DNA of 63,979 bases. Source: Paraspadella gotoi (lineage: Eukaryota > Animalia > Chaetognatha). A program made the position numbers and the translations under genes. Below are positions 53,401 through 63,979 of the stretch, one piece after another. A model generated the notes under the pieces. The model saw only the letters and a list, made by a program, of their open reading frames with translations, searched no databases and was not told the origin of the DNA. The stretch spans positions 13,512,284 through 13,576,262 of the forward strand of contig CM119271.1 of assembly GCA_051294375.1 (NCBI GenBank), written 5' to 3'. Positions within the stretch are counted from its first letter, which is position 1. Each line of letters begins with the position of its first letter.

Positions 53401-56400
53401 CGTATACTCAAATCGATGGTCCGCTAGTCATTTGGATACGACAATTGGTGCGAATAATGATGCGAGGGAAAATTAGTTTTGTTTTTTTTTTTTTTTTTTG
53501 TATTATATTTTAGGAAGATCAGCAGAACTGTCAGAGAAAGGTTTAACGAATATTATGGAGAGCAGTGAATGCAAGGGGAAAAGGAGTTTACGGAAGTTTT
53601 CGACGCCCACCGCGAACGAGCGATTGACTGCCGACGATAAGGAGGCGGTGATGATTACGATTGATGTTTTTTTTTTTTGTGCAAATTGGCGATGATTATA
53701 TTAGCCAATAAGGAAGTAATGACCGATTTGCAATTATATTACTGCAGAAATAACGATGAAATTTACGTAGTAGAAATGGATGAATGAGGAAGTTAGTAAA
53801 ACGTATGATTTACCCGTTATTTTTAGAGATGGATCAAAAAATTTCTAATGTCGGAGCGGGTTGTGTACGGAGGCGCGAATGCTTTTAAACCGATGCTTGA
53901 CCAGTTAAATTGAGATGTTAGTGGTTAACTGTGTTATAGAATTTCAATGGATAAAGACGTTTCATATTTAGACGCGTTACAAGCAAAACCTGATAATTGA
54001 TTTTTAAATATTATTTCCGACGACGACGATTCAAATTTAAAAAAAAACGGGACGAACGACCGAAGCGCAAAGGGAAGATGACTAAGATTTATTGGACTGG
54101 AAACACTCCGGCTCTGATTTGACAGGTTTTATTGACGGCGAAGACATGCAAGCAAAGACCAGCGAGGACTGAACCACGACGAGAACGAAACGACGGACGA
54201 GCCGGGACGACGACGCGGAAAGAGAAAGGCCGGGGAATTTTGCGACCAAGGAAGTCTCGAACGAAAGTTAGAAACGAACAGGAAATCGGGATTTTTAAAA
54301 AAATCGGATGAAGAAGGACGGTGACTGTGCGACGGAGGATGACAGAGCGATTGGAGGAAGAGACGAAGACAGACAGAAAGAGCCTAACGATAGACGAAAC
54401 GACAAAGGAAAAAGAAAGAGGAACAGAAAGGCGCAGCACCAGGAAAGAAAAACGTGACGGGAACGACACTGACGAAGCAGAAGGTAAACACCCCAGAGGG
54501 TCGACGTCGACGCATTGACGAGCAGTGCGAACGTGCCGTCGTTGAAGGTCTCGATTGGCACCGAAAATGATAAGAACTCACACGAAACCTGTACCCGACC
54601 ATGATGTCGAAAACCGGTCAGAAACACACACGTAAAATGAAGATGAGAGAGAGAGAACAAAAGAAAATAAGAAGAAAAGAGAGAAAAAGACAAAAAGAGA
54701 AGAGACGAGAGAAAGAGAAACGTGGGAGAGAGAGTGTTAGAAGGAGGGAGAGAAAGATACGTAGAAAGAGAATTATGACAAAGAGATCGGAGATAGGAAA
54801 TGTCTTCTGTATCTCCCTTTGACAGCCCAAAGGAGAAATGGACCCTTTTTGAAAACCTCGACTGCTTCCAGTAATTTAAACGAATAAAAGAAGAGACAAA
54901 AATACATCGAGATTATCAAATATATTGCATAAATGCCCTGGAAGCAATGGATAAAGGGAGCAATATGGTTATGTGTATATCTGTAAGAGAAGAAGAAACC
55001 CGGTACACTACTATCTTACTAACATCAGAAAGACATGAATATGAGAGAGAGATCACCATGGAGGAGAAGAGAAAGAGAGACCCGACGATTTACTCGGCCA
55101 CTATACTTCACTTTTATTATATTAATTATAGCAAAAAAATGGCTCAGATTCGCAGAGGCGATGAATGTCACTGTTTAAACAGATATTAATTTGTCGTTTT
55201 CGTGTGTCAAAGGTCGTATTAAAGCTAACTTATACGCATTAAACAGAAAATCGTGCAAACGGTGCTCCTCTTCGAGCGGCCCGTGCGCTCGTCCGTCCAC
55301 GTCGTCCATTGCCGAACCCTCACCTTTTGTTCTTTTGTTTTTTCTTTTCATTATCCTTTTTATTTTCTTTTTTTCCGTGGTAATTTTTTCTTCCCAGTCG
55401 AAATTTTATTCCGCCTCCGGGCAACCTGTCGAACTCCGGGCATACGCCCCCCCACGTATCTTCCGGAAGACGAACCAAAGAAAAAAATTAAACACCAAGG
55501 CCCACATTGAATCTAATATTCCGATCTTGTGACAGAAGTTATGGTTGAGAAGTATTTATTCACTAATTTTATCTACGTGCAATTAAATCTCACGAAAGTA
55601 AATGGTGGTTAGGTTTCTCTCCCGAAATTTTTAGACTTCACGAAACACCTTTCCCAAATAGTGACCTTATATCCATTGTGGGCATCATTAATCTCTACGA
55701 AGTTTATTCCATCTCGTATTCACCCCACACCCCCCAGATGTCGAAGTTGTATCTTCTGGAAAATGTGACATACCCGCCGAGCGATAAGCAACACAACCCG
55801 AAAGAAGATAAAATGATACAACCGATGACTATTCCTGCCTGTTTCCCTGCTTCGGATACGGGATGGAGTTTTATTTTATTTCCTTATAGTTATATTCTGA
55901 CCATTTTCACTTCATACACTCTCTCGGAGTGAATAAATTTTTGTTAATTTCCATAAAATCGGTCCGACGAGTCGATCCCTTCTTCGCGTATACTTTTTCT
56001 GCCGACCTCCCAAAAAATTATCTTAAGACTTCTCTTCCCCTCTTTAGGGTGTTCCGAGGCCCGTGTGTATCCTTCCCGTGCCGGCCCGTCTGTTTTTTCT
56101 CTCCTTTTTAAAACCCGCGTTGTCTCTCTGACTTCGTTGATCTCCTATTCATTACAGATCGTTATCACTATCAAACAGAAATGATGACGAAATCTTCAAC
56201 TCGTCTTTTAAAAACTACTTTACTTTTAATTCAGCAATCTTCATCAATTTCCCACGGCGCCCCGCCCGCCCTCGCTGATTAAAAAACAATGGACAGAACG
56301 TGCTTTGAATTCAAGCTGGTTTTTTTTTTTCGAGATCCGGCTAAACTTCTCTCTTTTTTTTTTTTTAAAACTAATCTCTTTTACTTTTGAATTTGGTGGT

Positions 56401-58159
56401 TTGGTTTTGAACCGTTTGTCGTTTCTTCGCCGTCCTGGTTTAGGTTGTAATTTGCGGTGTCTCTTTTCTCTCTTATACTCTCTCTTCCCCCTCTCCATCA
56501 TCCTCCTCTTTCATCTCTTCTCTTGCTGTCTCTCTCTACTCTCTCATCTAACTCTCATACTTCTACTCCTCTTTATTCTTCTCTTCGTGCTCTCTCTCTC
56601 TGGCTTACCTCCTCACTCTCCTCTATCTCTTGTTTATTTTCCACTCCCGTCGTCTAATCCTTTATTCTTGTTTTTTTCTCTACATTTTTTTTAAAAAATG
56701 TTATTTTTCCTCGGTTACGTATTTTCTCTCTCGGTCGATCGAGTTCAACATTTTTTTAAATTAATCTCCAGTGAACCTGCCGAACAACCAGGAGGAAAAA
56801 TTAAATATTATCTTTTCAATCTCCTTTCTCCATTTAAACCTTTTATTTAATCTTGACAAACTGTTTTTATTTGGGTTTCGAAGACTGCACGCTTCACCAA
56901 AAACAACCTTGCCTGCTATCCTAGACGAAGAATGCGGCCCCCCATAAAAAAACTAATTAAAAGAAGAGACAAATGATAATTTAAATGTCACACCAGATCG
57001 CCGAGTCAGCAAAACGCACGTATAAATCTAAATGTTACCATGTTAATAGGCCCCTGTGTTAGAAAATTCTCGAGGTGTCGATTTTTTTCTAGTCTAGATA
57101 AAGAGATAAACAAAAAAAATAACACAATAGACCTGTCAGTAGGGAAAAGTAAATTGGCCACTCATGATATCAACATTAGACAAAAAAATGAGTCAGATCA
57201 ATTAGTATGTCATTAATTAGACTGTATCATGTTGATAATTTGTCCATACCATCGTAACTGAGTCGATATTTAGGTCAGTTTTCCGAATATGCGGCCACCC
57301 GGTTAATCGATAATAAAAGCAAGATAAGAATAACAAACATGTCCAGATGAAGAGGCAAATCCGCGAATTAATCCCTTCAACCACACTACGCCAGAGAACA
57401 AACCAAAAAAACAAACCTTCCGGGACTCGGAAATCTGCAATCCTAAACCATTTCTTGTTAATTTTCCAAAACTTATTTCAACTGGGCAAATATCTTTATT
57501 CGTGACTCCAAGGCCGAACTCACAGCTGCTTGCGTTCGGGACGAAACACATAATTAAACAAATCCCAGTAAAATAATGTAATTGTTTGACTGCCGCCAAC
57601 GCCCGAAACACCTGATCGGCATCAATTGGAACCTTTTGTATCATTAACAAGCAAGTCACGCGACGCTCTCTAGATTGGCGTTGAATGCCGACTAATTTGC
57701 CTCCACAACCTAGTATATATTACTGCGCGAAAATTTAATGGGTCGAAAAGAAGAAGAAATAACTAACGAATTATTTTATTATTCATATGATGTAAATCCT
57801 CCTCTTCGATATATGCCTTTTTTTTTTCATGAAATGATGGCTCAAGAGGTAATAAAATGTTCTGGTGGGCACAATAATACAGAAAATTCAACCGCCGAAA
57901 TGGCATCAAAAGAGAGAAAAAAGCGTGGAGAATGAGATTTGTGGGGCAAATTATAATATGACAGGGGGAAAAAGAGGGGTATAGAAAGAAGAAGAGAGAT
58001 CTCGTAGATTTAGATCTAGGACGTCTTCACATTCTCACTCCTGAATCGAATTTCACAGGCTTTTTTCTCTCTTCGGTTGAATACTATATTGTACGCTATT
58101 CCTCTCTCTTCTCTAGTTTGTAGTCTCTCGTATGGTTTTTTTTAAGTGTAGAACCTCAA

Positions 58160-59352
58160 GAGAGAGAGAGAGAGAGCAGAGAGAGAGAAAAATAAAAAGA
58201 AAGATTAAAGAGAGAAAAGAGATAGAGAAAGCGTGAGATAGAGAGAGAGAGAGAGAGAGATTATGACAAATCGATAGAATTGTCGTTTTCTTGTTCTCCT
58301 TTGACGCCAAAGGGGAAATGACTTTGACTCGATTCTGCTTCAGATTTAAACGAATAAAAAAAAATTACGATCGAGATATCAATATTTATTTTTATCCCTG
58401 AACATAAAGTAGCAATATGTTTATTTCTTAAACGTTTACTTACTATCTTACTTACTATCAAAACATTTTAATTTATTTCAACATTGACGGTGCACAAAGT
58501 AGCGCTAAAAAGTCACGTATTTTGGTAAGTCGCTTTCGACATTATTCTGAGAATTCGCTATTTTCCGTTTTAAACATTTAAATTAATGCTACCCAATGAA
58601 CCGCAGCTTTTTGAAAGCTTAATACCGACAAACAAATTTTTTCGAAAGTATTTAGATAAATGATAAACTATGACTATTTCTCATCTAGGTTGATAAACGA
58701 AGCGAGGGATTATTCCTTGAATAATCTTCCTTTTAGTTGCGCCGCGAGTACTCGCAACTCTATAACTCACTTTTAGGTCGGTCGGTCGGTCTATCCCACT
58801 TATGTTAAAATTATGTATCATTTCCCTATGGTTACTTGCTCATTTATTCAGACAGGAAAAAACCTCAAATTTAGGGGACTGCTAGCGCCGCCTTCAGGAA
58901 ATCCTAAAACTATAAAGAACACAACGTGTAATTCCTATGCCGTGTGTGTATTATAAATACATGGGCTAAGAAAGTAATTGTACTCATGTAGTCATATCAC
59001 ATCATGTTATGTCATGCCATATTATGTCACGAAAAACACATGTGATAAGGCAATCACTGAGGCGCAACACATTTGAATTACCATTCTTGTTTTATCAACT
59101 ATCAACTGCAATATCGTTGTGGTTAACATAAGTTAACAAATTCAATTAATGTATTGTACTGCACGATATTTGAACTTTTTGTATCATACAGCAACTTTAT
59201 ACTATTTGTCCTCCAACTTAAGTATATTTACTGCGCGGATTTATGTCGAAAAATAATTCATTAATCTCTTCTCTTTTTTATGCAAGTATAATTTTTTGTT
59301 TGCCAATAAAAAATGGGCATCAACGTGAATGAATTGTGCAAATATATATGCG

Positions 59353-59390
<38 letters not shown>

Positions 59391-60850
59391 TTCACGTTGA
59401 TTGCCCATTTTTTGATTGGCAACAACAAAAAAATTTTATACTTGCATAAAAGAGGAAGGAAGTTAATGGAATTATTTTCCGACATAAAATCCGGCGCAGT
59501 AGATTATGATAAAAAACTTATTACTTTAAGTTGTCTGAGGGACCAAATAGTATAAAGTTAGCTGTATGATTACAATAAAAGTTCAAATATCGTGGCAGTA
59601 CAATACATTAATTAATTTGTTAACTTCTTTATAGTTAACCACAACGATATTGCATGTTGATTAGTTGATATAAACAAGAATAGCGTAATTCAAATAATTG
59701 GTTGCTGCCTTCAGTGATTGCTATCGGCATGTGTTTTTTTTCGCTGGACATAATTCATGGCAATGAACATAACATGATGTTGATATGACTACATTGAGGG
59801 TACAACTCTACTTTCATAGGCCCATGTATTTTATAATACACACACGGCCATAGGAATTACACTGTTGTGTTCGTTTAATAGTATATATTTAGGATTTTCC
59901 TGAAAGCGGCGGCGGCTAGGCAGTTCCCCCTTAAATTTGAGGTTTCTTTTTTTCCCTGTTCTATAAATGAGCATAGTAACCATAGGAAAATAGATACATA
60001 CAATTTTTAACATAAGTGGACATTAGACCGACCGACCGCCGATCCTAAAAGTGAGTTTATAGAAGTTGCGAAGTACTCCGTCTCCGCGCCTCCACTAGCG
60101 GTCGCAAACTAAAATGGGAAGATTATTCAAGAAATAATCCCCTGATCGCTTCGTTTTTATTGCAACGCCCTGATGTGAGAAATAGTCGTAGTTTTATCAT
60201 TTTTTACTAATACTTCGATAAAAAATGTTGTCATGGTGGCATGGGGTATGTAGGCTGTTCCAAAAAGACGTGCTGGCGATGTGGGTTAGCAATTTTTAAT
60301 TGTAAATGTTTTTTATTTTAAAACGGAAAATAATATGCGAATTCTCAGAATAAGTTCGAAAGCGACGTTACCAAAAACCTCAGTACCTAATCTCCAGCAT
60401 CCGCGGCTCGTATGGCCTCGCCGCATCGATACGTGGACACTTATTTTTATCGCGCTACCCCTTTGTGCACCCGTCAATGTTTGAAATAAAATTAAAATCG
60501 GTTTTTTTTTCGATAGTAAGTAAGATTAGTAAGTAACAGTTTTTAAAGACTAACCCATATTGCTACTTGTATGGTTCGATGGGAAAATAAAAATAAATGA
60601 TTGATATCATCGATCGCTAAATTTTTTTTAATTCGGGGGTGAGTGTGTACAGCAGAATCGAGTCAAAGTCATTTCCCGTTTGGCGCTCAAGTAGAGCAAC
60701 AAGGAAAACGACAATCATATCGTCGATTTTGTCATAATCTCTCTTCTCTCTCGTATCTCTCACGCTCTTCTCCTATCTCTTTCTCTGCTGTTAGATCTTT
60801 CTTTTTATTTTTCTCGTCTCTCGTGCTCGCCTCTCCTCTCCTCTCTCTAT
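58160..60850. repeat. ~2.7 kb fold-back palindrome centred on an (AG)n tract at ~59333-59388; right arm is insertion-rich
   Basis: aatgggcatcaacgtgaatga (59312) vs tcattcacgttgattgcccatt (59388); 58261-58340 mirrors 60650-60740. Confidence 0.93.
58731..59093 (+). mobile_element. Non-autonomous DINE-1/Helentron(HINE)-like element, cleanest copy
   Basis: 5' TTTTAGTTGCGCCGCGAGTACTCGCAACTCTATAACTCACTTTT, then (GGTC)n and CTATCCCACTTATGTTAAAA; 3' CACTGAGGCGCAACACATTTGAATTACCATTCTTGTTTT. Subterminal inverted repeat GTTGCGCC/GGCGCAAC, T-runs at both ends, no TSD seen. Mirrored at ~59672-60114. Confidence 0.7.
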
Positions 60851-60866
60851 TACTCTCTTTCTTTTT

Positions 60867-60912
<46 letters not shown>

Positions 60913-60983
60913 TCTCTGCTCTCGTTCTCATCTCTCTCTTCTTTATATTTCTCTCCTTTATTTTTAGTATTCGTCTCGTCCTT

Positions 60984-61026
<43 letters not shown>

Positions 61027-61039
61027 GTCTCTCTCTCTT

Positions 61040-61070
<31 letters not shown>

Positions 61071-61185
61071 CCCTCACACTTATTTTTTTCTCCAAACGTT
61101 CCATCAACTGTTGTGCGTCCGCCGGCGTCACCTAGCATCCGACCCGGCGATCATGTGCTAAACAGCATCTTACATCTGGAAGGGT

Positions 61186-61262
<77 letters not shown>

Positions 61263-62099
61263 GAGAGACGTTCATGGTTCACGCAGTCTCGCAAGATAAT
61301 CNNNNNNNNNNNNNNNNNNNNNNNNNGTCCGATGGCGATGACGAATCAGTGAGACATCACCTGTTATAAAACAATGAATCACATTCCTTTAAATTCTTCG
61401 AGATTTTTTTGTTTTTATTAATAACAAAATTACAAAAACAGTATCTGTGTAAAAGACTAGAAAACGGTAAACAAGTAAAAACTAAACTATTAAAATTCAA
61501 CAAAAACAAAAGGCACTCACGTTTAAAATGGAATCATGAATAAAATGTCATGAACTAATTCATAAGAAACTATAAAATATAACGTTCAAAGATGAGATGT
61601 CAAAATAAAAAAAAAACAGAAAAAGTAAAAAATGAAATAAGTCGAGTATAAAATGGAAGCGACGTTAATAAAACGTCATCGAGATTTTTTTTTAAACGCC
61701 AATTTTTGTTTTGTTTGTTTATTAATACCAAATACAGTATTGACAGTGTTTAAGACTAGAAAACGGTAAAAGAGTCATCGAGCTTATTTTTTAATAATAT
61801 CAAAAACGATATTAACACAATAAAATAACAGAGTAAAATGACTGGAATGGTATAGGATACCGTATCAATAAAAGCGTCGTTTTTTTATGTTAATAACTAA
61901 TTAATAATTCATAATTCATCGAGCTTGGATTTTTTTTTAAATATTACCAATATAACTGTATTAACACAAAGCATGGAATTTCCGCCATTGTCAATATTGA
62001 TGCCTTATATAGACGCTGATTTTGTCTCTTCAATTGTGTCCATCGTTTTGAACTAATTGCACCACATATCAATAAATATCCGGATTAATCTACATTTTG

Positions 62100-62151
<52 letters not shown>

Positions 62152-62724
62152 GTCTCATCTCTCTCTCTATATCTCCCTTCTTATTCTCTCTCTTCTCTCT
62201 CTCTCTCTACTCTCGTCTCTCTCTCTCCCTTCCTCTCGTCTCCTCTCTCTTCTCTCTCTCTCTCTCTCTCCTCTCCTCTCTCTCCCCTCTCCCCCTCTCT
62301 CTCTCCCTCCCTCCTCCTCTCTTCCCCCTTCCCTTCTTCTCTCTCTCTCTCTCTCCCCCTCTCTCTCTTCTCTNNNNNNNNNNNNNNNNNNNNNNNNNNN
62401 NNNNNNNNNNNNNNNNNNNNNNNNNNNNNNNNNNNNNNNNNNNNNNNNNNNNNNNNNNNNNNNNNNNNNNNNNNNNNNNNNNNNNNNNNNNNNNNNNNNN
62501 NNNNNNNNNNNNNNNNNNNNNNNNNNNNNNNNNNNNNNNNNNNNNNNNNNNNNNNNNNNNNNNNNNNNNNNNNNNNNNNNNNNNNNNNNNNNNNNNNNNN
62601 NNNNNNNNNNNNNTGATAAAATTAAAATGCAGAACGAGATTCAAGATCAGAGGATTTGTTGTCGTCGTTGTTATTGTTATTCGCGGATGCCTGCGAATGG
62701 CAGGTGGAGAGTCATGAGGCATCA

Positions 62725-62875
62725 GGTCGCAGCTGCATCTGCGCTTTTGTATTTTGCTTAATGACTGCATCTGCTTTTCTGCGTTTGGCTCAATGACTGC
62801 ATCTGCTTTGAATGCATTTTTCTCAATGCCTGCATTTTCGGTATATCTGCTCAATGACTGCATCTGCTTTAATGC
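62725..62875 (+). repeat. ~30-bp degenerate tandem repeat (AATGACTGCATCTGCTTT core)
   Basis: Core at 62760, 62792 and 62853, with variants at ~62730 and 62825. Confidence 0.75.
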
Positions 62876-63799
62876 TACCGCTGGACTGTTACGGTTTAAT
62901 TTTTTTTGGGACGTCAATAAATCTAGATTGATGGTAGTAATATAACTACTATGGTTATCAATTAAATTTTCTTTAGTTATTAATTAGGTTAAAGGCAATT
63001 TATAAACTCATCATTGGATGTTTGTTATATTTTAGCTCATTGTTGTATTTATTTATATGCCAAGTAGCATATATTAATGATAAACAAATGTCATTAAATT
63101 GAGACGAGAATAAAATAATATATAAATAATAAATAATAAATAAATAATTATAATATATTGGTTGTACCAATTTCATAGCATTCCCTGATCTAATACTTAA
63201 GGGAGTGGTCTTTTCATACAATTGAAATATTCTTTAAAATATTATACCACTTCATTGATAGAGAAGCCAGGTACTCTGGGAGTGAATAAACGAGACTGTG
63301 AGAGAGTCTTGATTGAAAGCTTCCAGGGACCTGCTATGTCATTATCTTGTAAGAGTGATGGAGGCCTTAAAACACCAAAGCCTGTCCAAAGTCAGGGGCA
63401 AGATAGCTTATTTATCAAATGAATGAATAATTTTTACATTGATTGTACAAATTTCATATCATCTAATTCGAAGTTTTGTTTTGTTAAATTTGTTAAATTT
63501 AGCTTTCAAATTTCTGTATTAGAATATTCTTTGCACACTGCTTGTTAATCAGTCACTTTATTTGAGCCCAAAAAAAAAGATCACATTAGTTTGATTGTTT
63601 AATTTATACATTTATATTTCATTCTCAACAGTCAACTCTTTAAAAACTGAAAACGAATTTCGAGGTTAAGATGAACTAATGAACCAAAAGCTAGAAAGAG
63701 GAGGAAGAGCAAAAAGGAAGGAAGAAGAAGAAGAAAATAAAAAGGAAACGAACGATCATCGGAAAGCAAACGTGAGAGAGCGAGTTATGACACAGAGAA

Positions 63800-63837
<38 letters not shown>

Positions 63838-63979
63838 TAATAGCTTTATGTTTACGCTCCATTTACGAGCAGCCAAACAATAAGGAGAGAGAGAGAAAAA
63901 AAATGGAAAGAAAAATATGAGGAAAAGGAAACAGTGAACTCTCTGTCTCTCTCTCTCTCTCTATTTCTCTCTCTCTCTC

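Noticed and set aside
62614-62917. Minus-strand ORF with KQMQSLS/KADAVIE repeats
   Set aside because: The repeat spacings (32, 33, 28 bp) do not preserve frame, and the ORF continues only through N.

Overview
Repeat-dense, AT-rich eukaryotic (probably invertebrate animal) genomic DNA from a draft, gap-filled assembly. No intact gene can be supported. Nearly all listed ORFs are translations of (AG)n/(CT)n, (GAC)n, (TCA)n or purine-rich simple repeats, or run through N gaps. Supportable features: (i) a 5'-truncated non-LTR retrotransposon RT fragment (RTE-X-like) at about 23.4-24.6 kb, mirrored at 20.2-21.4 kb; (ii) an abundant 320-450 bp non-autonomous element family with conserved ends, subterminal inverted repeats and a GTCG/GTCT microsatellite (DINE-1/Helentron-like) at six separate loci; (iii) a 5'-truncated tRNA-Lys(CTT) copy ending in CCA; (iv) a tRNA-headed, terminally repeated ~400 bp SINE-like unit; (v) several mini/microsatellites; (vi) a few candidate exons. 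The dominant large-scale structure is three fold-back palindromes (13.75-30.48 kb, 35.3-40.8 kb, 58.2-60.85 kb) plus noisy direct duplications. Two palindromes start exactly at 25-N gaps and the arms differ mostly by small indels, so they are most likely long-read fold-back or gap-filling artefacts rather than biology. I found no convincing novel biological system; the best biological leads are the repeat family, the CCA-bearing tRNA fragment and the SINE-like unit.
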